Position numbers and translations under genes: made by a program. A stretch of 64,000 nucleotides of DNA from positions 10,170,001 through 10,234,000 of the forward strand of contig CM119372.1 of the NCBI GenBank assembly GCA_051294905.1, given 5' to 3'. This stretch comes from Botryllus schlosseri (lineage: Eukaryota). Every line of letters begins with the position of its first letter. The stretch's first letter is position 1. Of the stretch, positions 26,001 through 36,480 are shown in pieces. The notes beneath the pieces were generated by a model. It saw only the letters and a program-made list of their open reading frames with translations. It did no database searches and was not told where the DNA came from.

Positions 26001-29000
26001 GTTGCACGCCAAGGCAATGTGCCTATTCATATCAGCTTATTCTCCCTCGATGGAAAGCTGTTGCCATCGCCAAAGCTGTTTTAGCTAGTGGCGAATAATG
26101 ATGTTGGGCACAAGAGAATAGCTTATTTTGAAACCTCAACAACGATATGTGGAAACTGTAATCAATTTCAGCATTCCAAATTGGTTTTCTTCAGGGTTGT
26201 AATGACTCGAGTCATGACTCGACTCGTGTCAGACTCGAGTCACGATTTTCTGATGACTCGACTTGACTCGAGTCATTTTCTCAAAATACGGAAATGACTC
26301 GACTCGAGTCAATGTGTGTATTGACTCGACTTGGACTCGAGTCATTGCGCATGACTCGAACCAAGTCATATGATTCGAGACTCAGACGGCCAATACCGAC
26401 ATTTCATTGTAATTTCGAAGTAAAGTAAAGTAACCACCCTATTAGGATTTCGTCTATTGATACCGGTACTTGAAAATGCGACCAGAAACCGTTAAAAGTG
26501 AGGTAAATTTGTATATTATAGATGCAAACCATTCGATATCACCAAGCAGAGTTATAAAAGTGGGTTTAACAAAACTTTAACTGGAAACTGAGCAGTCAAC
26601 ACAATGACTTGGACTCGGACTCGAGTCATAATACCATGACTCGGACTCGAACCCCTGCTCGATGACTTGGACTCGGACTTGACTCGGTGGTGAATTGGGA
26701 ATGACTCGACTTGACTCGAGTCAAAACTATAAAAGTGAGATTGACTTGTGATTGTGACTCGGAACCTTGTGACTTGGTTACAACCCTGGTTTTCTTAGCT
26801 TTCATCCGAAATCTCAAATCAAGTCGCGGGCCGCAAAATATGACCACCGGGGCTGCATGCTGGCCGCGTGTTGGTGACCCCTGCTATAGACTCTAGCTAG
26901 TCAGCGTTGGTACTCAATTCGAAATTTCATGCCGCGACTTCATATCTTGTGATACGATTGTTGATGTACACTGTACAATGTCCTTTCCAATTCTCTACTA
27001 GCTGCTGACGAGTACCCCCTTGGCCCCGGCGAGTGTCAGCCGAAAATATTCGGGTTCATTTCAATATGAATAAATACCATCCAATTGTATATTGAAGTTA
27101 CGTACCTCCCAGAAGCTCGTCGTACTTTTCTAATCAAGTACCGTATAAAGGAGGTTGGATTTACGTGCAAGTACAAAAAAGGAACTATATGCTAGGCTTA
27201 GTTTAGCCTAAAACTTGAAAACTGTTAAGTAGAAGAGGAAGTTAAAATCTGTTTGGTCGAGACCTCCCATACTTTTTGTCCTCGATCAAAGGTGGCTACT
27301 TTCAATAATATCTGGGAACATCTTCGCGTCAAGCCCAGAGTGGATACTGACGCTAAAATTGGAGCGATTTCAGTAAAATATTTGACTACCGTGATACAGC
27401 GTCAGTCGATGCCACTATTTCTCGCATAAACGTTGTATGGACATCCCAAAAGTGCTTTTTACTTTACAAAATTCAAAGTGTAAAATGTAGTCGAAGTACC
27501 ACTTGAGTTGAGGGTCGACTTACAACTAAAAAGTAAATATTTTTGGTCATGTTTGGCTTATAAGTCTGCGAAGTAGAAGGAGTGCAAAACTCGAGTAACG
27601 AGTGCAAGTAACCAAAGTCTACTTGAGTACTCCGAAAAATAATGGTACTTGCTTACTCAGCCCTCTGAACATATGCCATAAACTGCTGTTCTACCGTTTG
27701 TCACCATTGCGTATTTTACAGACTCAGGCATTCCTGTCGTAAAAACCAGCACGAAAGCAGGGGCGACGCGCGGAATACGCCCCACGTGCAAAGCGACCAA
27801 GGCCCGCCCATGCCCTCAATCATCTACGACGTCAACGTCGCAAGATATTTCGAAAACTGATTCAGGATCGAAGTCTGTCGAGTGTAAGCAGCAGGTTAAC
27901 ATCGGAAAACCGAAGCCTGTGAACCACGCGCGGAGCTACGACGACGTCGATGACGTCATGATCATACCGTCCGCGTTGCCTAAGCACCGCGCCAAAGATT
28001 CAACCGATTCCAACCACGCGGACGGTAGTCTTCAATCGTCGCGTAAACGGTATTCAGAAATAATACAAAACCTCGACTCGGTGCATCAAGGTGAATATCA
28101 GTACATAAATAACTGGCCTGTGCCTGAAGTCGAATTTTATACAATACACCAACCTAGTTTTTGCCAACAGAACAAGTTCGTGTACTATCTAAAATAGTAA
28201 ATTGAGCTCTTCGCCCCGAAATGTCATACCAGAGACGTCATATTTTGCGATGCGATTGTTGATATACAATATTATTTCCAATAATCTATTATAATAGCTG
28301 ACGGTTACCCCCGACGAGTGTGAGCCGAAAATATTAGGGTTTATTTCATTAAAAATTTGAAAAAGGCTACTATTCAATTCTATATTGAACATCTGTACCT
28401 CCAAGAAGATCTTCATATAACTTAGCGACTTATAGATGCGAATTGCGTGACTGCACGTTAGAGCTAGAGCAACTGGATAGAGTAAGCAATTTCTGGTCTC
28501 TTCATAAACAGATACTGTAATGTAGTAGCTGGCGACTCGAACCTGATCTTAAACGAAAGCTGCTATCGCAGTGATTACGAAAATATAAATTACAATATGA
28601 ACTAGAACTAGAACTAGAACACCGCCGAAATTGCCCTCAGTCAGAAATCTGCGTCATTTGCAACCATTCTGAATGCCGCGATGCGACGAGGTGCTCAATG
28701 TCTTTACAATCGGTATGCGGAACAATGCCGATTTCCGAGACAATTTTGGATGGGTTGCAGCGCCCCGAATAAATTATAATATATATTTACGGAATCGTCA
28801 TCATCATCATTGGTTTATTAGCAAATTTTATCAGTTCATTACACCACAAAAGTGCGATACAATGAAAAGATAGGAAGCTATCTAAAAAAAGCCAGAGTAG
28901 TCCCTGTACACAAAGCTGGGGATAGAACTAATGTCACCGACTATACCGTCCGATATCCGTTCTCCCATGCATCGGGATTGTATTCGAAAAGTTGCTCCTC

Positions 29001-32000
29001 TCCCGCCTGTCCTCATTCCTCGCCAAAATGTCTGTCATTTCCCCTCAACAATTTGGCTTCCGAAACAAACACCAAACCGCTCATGCCCTCCTAACAGTGG
29101 CCGAACAGTACTACGATATCTCAGAGAAGCGAAATGTGGGATGTAGCATTTTTCTCGACCTAAAAAAAGCGTTTGACTGCGTAGATCATAAAATTCTCAT
29201 CTCGAAATTGGCGCGTTACGGACTTCGGGGCCCACAACTCGAGCTCATGAAAAGTTACCTCACTGGACGCCAACAAATGGTTGCGATCTCAGACACCTTG
29301 TCCTCTCCTCACCCGGTGACCTGTGGTGTGCCCCAGGGCTCAGTACTTGGACCGGTCCTTTTCACCTTATATGTCAACGACATTTTTGAAACCTCCTCAT
29401 TGAACACCACACTGTTCGCTGATGATACTCACCTCCTCTCTTCCGCATCTTCGACGGCAGAGCTGGATGCCCTGACTGGTGACCAAATGCCCAAAGTCCA
29501 TGAGTGGACGGCCCAGAACAACCTTTGCATAAACGCCTCGAAATCGCAATTGCTGACTGTAAATTCAAAAAATAACCTAACCGTTAATATCGCTGGTCAG
29601 CCCGTTTCCAACACAGATAATGCCAAATATCTCGGAGTTTTACTGGACTCGAACATGTCCTGGAAGAGTCATATTCAGTCCCTAGAAACTAAATTATCAC
29701 CGAAGTGCGGCCTGTTCTACAGCCTTGGGCGCTTCATGCCAGCATGGGTTCTTCTGATACTCTTTAAATCCTTAATCCAATCGAAGTTACATTATGGCAT
29801 CCTCTGTTGGGGGGCTGCCAGTAAAACTGTACTCAAGCCACTGCAGAAACTACAGCATAAAGTACTCCGAATCATAGCTAGGGCCCCAAAGGGGCCTGGC
29901 TGCCCATCCAATAAGTCGCTGCTGAAGAGATTCGGCGTCCTAAACATAGAAGATATGCGGAAACTAGAAATCGCCAAGTTTATGTATCAGTTTCACTGCG
30001 GTCGTTGCCCCGAATATTTCAATGACTTCTTTACCTCTGAATCAAAAGCGCACAAGTACAACACACGCGCGTCCACGTCGTCCAAATATCATATGATCGA
30101 CCGAAAAGATCATCGCTCCATCAAATTTGCCGGACCTGATGTGTGGAACAGTATCCCGCCGGCCATCCGACAGTCGACGAGCATGTCCACATTCAAGTCG
30201 AAATACAAGCAATTACTACTAAATAAATACAGTCCATCCTCAAGATTACCGGACCACGACTGACCTATCGACTTCCCATGACATGCCGCCCTATTTCTTA
30301 TCGCATTCTTTTTCTATACTATCTTCTTTACTTTCATTCAGTGTGCATGCCTCCTCTTTACATCGCCTATGCCAAGGTGGGTGTCAGATTCCATAGACTA
30401 CTCCTTGTCGCTTCGACATCTTCCTGTCATTTCATTGTATCGCATTTCTGTGGTGTATTGAACTGATAAAATTGCTAATAAACCAATGATGATGATGATA
30501 ATGGTGTCGAAGCGACTTGGAGTAGTCTCTGGCATCAGACACCCACCTTGGCCTAGGCGGTGTGAAGAGGAGGCATGCACAGTGTGCACAGATGCATTGC
30601 ACACTGAATAAAAAGTAAAAGAAGATAGTATTGAAAAAAGCAAGTGACAAAATTGGGGTGGCATGTCATGGAAGGCGAGATCGATAGGTCAGGTCGTGGT
30701 CCGGTAATCTTGAGGATGGACTATAGTATTTATTTAGTAGTAATTGCTTGTATTTCGACTTGAATCAGCACGACAGTAGCTTTTGTATAAGTTCTGTTTT
30801 ACACAATTTTTCGCTCGGGTCGCCAGGTACAAGATTACTAATTTACAATGCGAGGCCGCCAAAAATTACTATAGTTTTATTCGGTTGACCAAACTTGCAT
30901 GCAGTCACGTGTTTCGCATCTATTCGAAGGTTAACAATATCTATAATATCAGAAAATCTCGTCAATTTCGTCGTTTGACGTTGTGACTTTTTTTTGGTGC
31001 AGCTAACTCTACGCAAAATGTGGAACGCCAAGCAAGCGGCCCAAAGCTAGGCGAGCCGTTGACTGGTTCGGCCGGCGTGCAATCCGTTTCGAACGGCCAA
31101 GCGGCCTCGGATCGCCACAATGAGTCGCGTTTGGCGCGTAACGATGCTGACAACAGCAGCAGCACCGACGATGAGAAATTGTATGATTGGGTCCTTGTTG
31201 GTTTGGTTTATATCGTTTAACGCTGCAACGAAACCGTTTCAGTGGCGGGGGCAGGCTAAAGTCCAATCCGTCGTTCGCTAACCGTATTCTGAAAAAGAAG
31301 CGGAGCAGAACTAAAGCCGGTGGTGCACTCGCCCGTCAAAGGTGCCCTCCTGTTGTTCTTCATTTTTTGAAGTGATCAAGTACTCTTTTCCTATTTGCGC
31401 AACTTACTCAAGTGGTTATTTTTTTCGACTACTTTCACTCTATTTGGACAGTTTTTTGGGTTAATTTACTTCGGATTTTTGAACAAAGTCGTTTTTCATA
31501 AGTTTACATCACTTTATGAGTGAAATCGTCGTGACAACTACGGGAAACAGCCCCCGCATCACGGTAGCTGAATATAACCTTTAAGATTCTACCTGTTGGC
31601 GGTGTCATTAATCGTTTTGCGTTAGTTGCGAGGACGCATCTTGATATTTCGAATGGTGCCATGCCACCTCCGATTAACAGCTAGGGCGTCGATCGTAAAG
31701 TTTGGTGATCCGGGAGAATGCTAATCATGTGATTAAAAACTTCTAATCGAGACGCATTTTAGGCGGAGATAATCAAGTTAGCTGATCCGGGAGAATGCTA
31801 ATCGTGTGAATAAAAACTGGTAATCGCGACAAACGTTGTAAAAGGTTACGCGCGATGATTAGTCAAGGTGTCCCGAGTTTTCAATCAAGTGGTGTTATTT
31901 GTTGCATCATAATGCGAAAAGCTATAGGCTGTCACTCTGTCAGTAGTCACGCGAAATGAAAGTCGTGTGTAATCAGTAAGGTACAGTGAAGAAACGGATT

Positions 32001-33316
32001 ATTGAATATTGATATCCCTCTGCCATGGTGGGTACATAATTCGTTGATTGTCTAGTAAAGCCATCACCCTGGAGACCTTCGTCACGGTCATTATCGGAAA
32101 TAACTCCGCGAAGGAATGGTACGCAGTCGTCGCAGTGTACGCAGTTTTTTTTATAGATGACTATAAATTATTCCGGCTTGTTGAGTCATGAGATTAAAAC
32201 TAACTTTATGCGCTGCGATCAACCGGTTTCCTTAGTCCTGGGTTGTTAAATCCTGATGAGCGCGATAATCGACTTTACCGATAATCCAACTTCTGATCTG
32301 CGCCTTAAAAGTATGCGACCACTACTTACTACTATCGATAATACTTGCTTGGATAGGCTACAAGTCAAACCAGGGGCCTATACGAAAACCTAATTTAGGG
32401 TTATCGTAGCCCATTCAGACCATTCGATTTCTTCTTCCGCTTGAGGTAGGTTAGGCATTTATTGGAAATTGACATTTGTACTCGAAATTGAGTGGAAATA
32501 TGAATGGTGAGTGAGTACTGACGACAGATTCCGATGTTCCGCTCCATCTGTGACGTCACTTGGTTGTTGAGAGTTCTCGCCTCTTCGAATCTCCATCCCT
32601 GTGTCAGCATTTATTGGCTATCATTCCTACAACGATCATCGCAATTCTCAGGGAGAAGGGAAGCGGAAAAGTCCGCGCAAACGCGTCTAAGTCGAGCTGC
32701 TCTCACGATCGGAGAAAGATCGCTTTCAAGCGCAGTTCTCCTTGCCCGAGCGATCGCGAGGCCGTTCTTGATGGTAGTGATGCGAAGAGCTCTTCTGGAT
32801 CATCTGACGGGCCCAGAAAACATTCACGAGTGTCCGGTAACTGACTTAAATTGGGAAAATTTTGATTTATGTTAAGTATCAATCGTTACGCTTATAAATC
32901 GGATGTCTAATTGATGCGTCGCTTATGAAAGTCGTGTTTTCTATGTAAAATTTGATGCAACATGAAACTAATTTGCGAGGTAGAGATTGTGGTCTGACTC
33001 CGTGGGTGTCTTTCGTAAATAAGTTATATTTCTTGCTCAGGGGCTGCGACGCCATCTACATCCGACGAAGAGACTTTTCCCGATGAATTTGATCCGCTGG
33101 TTTATACAAAACCGGCATGTTCCCTGGGTTTAGAGGAAGAGATGGGTATATTTTTTATGCGCATTCTTGAATTTCTGTTGACGCTTTCTACTGTTTTCCT
33201 CGATAGAGCAAGAAACCCACGACGATCGCAATCAAGACGATATGGAAAATATATATTCGAATTCCGACAGCGAAGCTCCGGTAGAACCAGATTATGAGTC
33301 TTGCAAACAGCAGTAG
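14020..33316 (+). CDS. Divergent, enlarged nucleosome assembly protein 1 (NAP1)-family histone chaperone
   Basis: Phase-consistent exons 20019-20245, 20309-20490, 21793-22104, 22173-22423, 24375-24561, 24982-25189, 25251-25345, 27722-28090, 31003-31180, 31243-31341, 32652-32836, 33041-33145, 33207-33316 (2508 nt, 835 aa plus stop). NAP motifs occur in canonical order: LESRFQKDLHSLEARYFEELYGPLLTLR; KFWYHVFKR..ILSAMV..NDAEFLGCIRDVRV; FELEFELYPN..VQNSILRKRY; DYQGPRLVGIEGSTVRWK; SFLDFF; DYEVGMYIREFVIPRAFDIY; C-terminal CKQQ. Acidic N-terminal exons 14020-14169, 14414-14503, 14566-14682 and 14805-14857 splice in frame with each other. Their link to 20019 is unresolved (phase 2 to phase 0, so an exon is missing from the model). 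Confidence 0.85.
14968..15310 (+). mobile_element. Dispersed repeat / hAT-like MITE end (CAGAGGTGGTCAAAGTAGTC family)
   Basis: About 300 bp closely similar to 48822-49170 and, reverse-complemented, to about 37060-37317. Contains tactcaagta/aagtag subterminal repeats. Confidence 0.7.
16145..16964. mobile_element. hAT-type MITE (CAGGGCCGTAAC TIR)
   Basis: TIRs cagggccgtaac...gttacggccctg; perfect 8-bp TSD gttgtagg (16137-16144, 16965-16972). Confidence 0.9.
17196..19960 (+). mobile_element. 5'-truncated CR1/L2-group non-LTR retrotransposon (RT C-terminal half plus 3' UTR), interrupted by a fold-back hAT element
   Basis: Encodes LYVND...LFADDT...KYLGV..LD and HKYNTR motifs up to the stop at 18094. 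Near-identical to 29365-30500. The 3' UTR resumes at 19798 and ends in aataaacca(atg)n. Confidence 0.92.
18185..19797. mobile_element. 1.6-kb non-autonomous fold-back element with hAT-type ends
   Basis: Termini TAGGGTTGTCC...GGACAACCCTA with an 8-bp TSD gtgtgcat (18177-18184, 19798-19805). The inverted arms extend almost to the centre at about 18960. No transposase ORF. Confidence 0.93.
20627..20985. mobile_element. hAT (Charlie-like) MITE with GGGGGCGA subterminal repeats
   Basis: TIRs cagtggttcccaac...gttgggaaccactg; perfect TSD agttatac. Confidence 0.92.
22449..22897. mobile_element. hAT-type MITE, TAGGGTTACCATA family
   Basis: TIRs tagggttaccata...tatggtaagccta; TSD gtgttagg/gtgttacg; gtcctc subterminal repeats. 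Reverse-orientation relative of 34052-34396. Confidence 0.88.
23936..24100. repeat. Dispersed repeat of about 170 bp (possibly the body of a SINE)
   Basis: The core gatacgattgttgat...gctgacga...cgagtgtcagccgaaaatattcgggttcatttcaatatgaata...tgtacctccaagaag recurs at about 26950-27115 and 28250-28410, and inverted at about 7140-7220. Confidence 0.7.
25739..25974. mobile_element. Small nested hAT MITE
   Basis: TIRs cagtggttctcaaac...gtttgagaaccacta; degenerate TSD ccctacgt/ccgtacgc. Confidence 0.72.
26192..26788. mobile_element. hAT-type MITE with GACTCGAGTC subterminal arrays
   Basis: TIRs cagggttgtaa...ttacaaccctg; perfect TSD gttttctt. Confidence 0.93.
28798..30764 (-). mobile_element. Short, more diverged minus-strand copy of the same LINE 3' end, split into 28798-28877 and 30504-30764 by a plus-strand insertion
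   Basis: 30504-30764 is the reverse complement of the ORF end plus proximal 3' UTR, up to gcttcgacac. 28798-28877 is the reverse complement of the immediately following distal 3' UTR and (atg)n tail. Confidence 0.85.
28878..30503 (+). mobile_element. 5'-truncated CR1/L2-group LINE with a nearly complete RT domain (ORF 28992-30263)
   Basis: Motifs KARVVPVHKAGD..DY/RPISVL (frameshift near 28943), QQFGFR, FLDLKKAFD, GVPQGSVLGP.LF.LYVND and FADDT. The 3' UTR ends in aataaacca(atg)n. No endonuclease domain is present. Confidence 0.95.
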
Positions 33317-34051
33317 CAATTTTTGTATTGTTGAGTATTATGAATACAATATATCTTGACTTTGAAATATATGAAAAAGTGCTGAAAATCGACACGAGTG
33401 AATGAGATAGATCCAAGGGAGAGCAGAGAGTTTAGCAGCTCATTATGACCATACCGCGGTATGACAATATTTCCCCTTACTACGCCTATGACCCAAGTCT
33501 GGAGATCCTGTATTGAATCTGGCTGATCTACCGATGGACCCTGGTTTGCGGCACTGCAGCTGAACTATAGTATGTAACTGAATGGATACTAGCCTGTGCT
33601 TGAGACTCGATCAAGCCAAGATATGACATATCGATTGCGCCTAGCGACACTGCCTCTTCGATTTCATTCCTTGTCATTTCTATGTCATATGTAATAATTT
33701 CTTCATCAGTGCAGCGATCGCGCTGGTATATGTGAGTGTGACACAGCAGATTCACAACGAAGTGAACCAAGCTACTGGTGAGGTTGGCCAACTGCATGGG
33801 CTGCTATATGGCTAACAGGGGTGTTTTTTTCAAATCTACTCCCGAAAGACCTGCTTTAAGGTTAATTTTTAGTTTTCCTCGCCGTCACTGATTTCGCGTC
33901 ACTTATGGCGTTTTTCACTTTTGCCTTGTACAATCACCTGGCTGCAAAGCTGTAAGGTAGGACGAATTTCCTAAAGGAGGACATTTTCGATTTCTTGAAA
34001 AGGGAGGACAAATCCTCCTACAGGAGGACGTATGGTAACCCTAGCTAACAG

Positions 34052-34396
34052 TAGGGTTACCATATTTTGGAAATCTGAAAAGAGGACACTTTTTCAGAAT
34101 TTTCAGACTTGCAAAACTGGAGGAGAGTTCTCAAAAAATGGTAAATTTTTCCCACTTTGTGGTCGGTTCACTGAAAAAAGTCAACTTATCACTCAGCTCC
34201 CGAAATACCCGCCGGACCGTCACTTTGGTGCTGATTTACGGCATCTCAGTCAAATTTTGCTAAGAATATGACTAAAATTGTCAAAAATGAGGACAAAATC
34301 TCAAAAAAGAGGGCAAAATGGCGTCCTCCGAGGACACTTTCAAAAAAGTCAAAAAAGAGGACAAATCCTCATAAAAGAGGACGTATGGTAACCCTA
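34052..34396. mobile_element. hAT-type MITE, TAGGGTTACCATA family, inserted beside the end of a related element (ending at 34043)
   Basis: TIRs tagggttaccata...tatggtaacccta; perfect TSD gctaacag (34044-34051, 34397-34404). Confidence 0.92.
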
Positions 34397-35504
34397 GCTA
34401 ACAGACCATCAGTGGAGTAGCCCAGGCCAATCTAGCAAGCACGTTCAATTTTAACCAGGTCGATACAAAAATATATTTTGTATTCTGTAGGGATTCGTCG
34501 CAATCGAATGTGGTCGGAAATATTTGTCAAAGTGTGTGGGTCAAGGAGCTCACGTTATTAGAATTAGAATTTAAATTTTATTCAACCCATATCGAGAGTC
34601 GAGTAAGGTGACTTGCGTACATGCTTACTGCTTAGCAGTGGCACCGGATGCAACGGTCCCGCGTAAGTTCTTGCCTGGCAGCTTCAACGTATACACAAAT
34701 ACAAAAGTATTGCTATGACGGCTTGCCTCAAGTATTTTGTACCCGTTGAAATACAGTAGGCCTAGGAGAGCGAAATGCGTACGCATTGTCAATTGTCAAA
34801 CGCATTGTAAATTGTGTGTATGTCTTGGACAGATGAAAATATGGATTGATTCCGGTAATCTTGAAAGCTGACTAGTATTCACTGTATTTTGACTTGAATG
34901 TGGATACTGGTCACTGGACGGACATGGTCGACGAACTGTGGATAGCCGGCGAGATGCTGTTCCACAATTGTGGTCCGGCATAAAGACATAGGACAAGTTA
35001 CATACATAATGCAGCGTGTTTTCAACGCGCGTAGCAGAATAGATTGAGAATAAGATACGATAGAGATGATGAAGGGGTCCGTGGACATATGAGCATTGAG
35101 CATGCGACAATTAGGCATGCTATACATGAGCATTGAGCATGTGGGTTAAATTACGGGCTATGGTGTGATTTAGGGTTGGGTTAGGGTAAGGCATGGGGTT
35201 AGCATATATATATAGGGGTTAATTTCAGGGTTGTGTTTCGGGTTAGCGGTCGTTTTGGGATTATAAAGTCGTATGCTGAAGTGACGCATGCTAAAGTGTC
35301 CCATGCTCAATGATCGTTATCCATTGTGTCGCATGCTCATATGCAGCGAGGTGGTCAGTAACGAAGTACTTCTGCTTTTTGAGGTACTCAAGTAGTTTTC
35401 CGCTGCTTGGGTACTGGCTCAAGTACATCTAATTTCTGGCTACTTCTACTTCGGAATATTTTGTGATCTACTTACATACTTTTCGCTATTTTCAGTCTGT
35501 CAGG

Positions 35505-36480
35505 CAGTGTTGGGATCAAGTCACTACCTTCGAGTCACGAGTCATTTCGAGTCATTGCACATTTTGACTCGAGTCAAGTCAAGTCAATCGATTTTCGAAG
35601 GTGACTCGAGTCAAGTCAAGTCACTCGATTTTTGGAGGTGACTCGAGTCAAGTCGAGTCAAGTCAAGTCAAGTCACGAGTCAAGTCACAATTCAAGTCAA
35701 ATTGCCTTTTCGACGTATGAGGCATGATTACGTCATTACATTTTGCTAGCTGTCTGAAATACAGGTGGATGTGGTCATTGATTCTGAACCGATGAACGAA
35801 TATAGAGTTGAATATACACGCAAGAAGGCGCTGTATCGCTCACATATACGCTGAACTGTTAAACTATACGTAAGTAATTGCATAGCATCAGTTTATATTT
35901 ACCTACAAAAATTGAGAAACGAATTGATAAGATGCAATGCATTACTCAATTACATATTGATATGATACAATTCGAGCCTGCGCCAATGGTTGAGGAGTAG
36001 GCTATATAAACTAAATTCGAATTCAATTTTAATAAAACAAGAGGTTTGGTTAAGGTATAAGAACAGAAAACAGAATAGAATATTATGCTGTTAAAATACT
36101 TCACTACTACTTTACGACAACGTAAGCTGTACGCTTCAATCACTACGTTTGTGGTCATTTTATTTATGTGAGAACAATGGAGGCTCAGTCAAACACACGA
36201 TCATTGAATGATTGGTCGCTCTCACGGGTTACAACAGCGTTTCGCGAATCATCCGAACATATGAAAGATACAGTGGTTTTTATCGAAACTAATTACTTGA
36301 TGACTTGAAATTGACTCGTGAATTTTGCTCCGAGTCACGAGTCAATCCACATTTCTGATGCGCCGAGTCAAGTCAAGTCAAGTCATTTTAGCAAAGTGAC
36401 TCGAGTCAAGTCAAGTCATACGAAAAAGGTGACTCGAGTCTGACTCGAGTCAAGTCATGACTCGAGTCATCCCAACACTG
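35505..36480. mobile_element. hAT-type MITE with (AGTCA)n/GACTCGAGTC arrays, nested in an older element of about 35345-37317
   Basis: TIRs cagtgttgggat...atcccaacactg; perfect TSD ctgtcagg. Confidence 0.93.

Larger units (their letters stand above)
25361..26883. mobile_element. hAT (Charlie-like) MITE hosting two nested MITEs
   Basis: Termini cagggctcgccgaa...ttggtgacccctg with gcggcc/cgcgggccgc subterminal motifs; degenerate TSD atatatac/ctatagac. Confidence 0.7.

Noticed and set aside
31706..31830. Short direct duplication (gatccgggagaatgctaatc.tgtga.taaaaact)
   Set aside because: Only two units in an intron. Probably a local duplication or repeat remnant with no further support.
35520..35700. 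Short-repeat arrays (AGTCA/GACTCGAGTC) resembling a CRISPR array or satellite
   Set aside because: There are no unique spacers. They are subterminal repeats of TIR/TSD-bounded MITEs in a eukaryotic genome.
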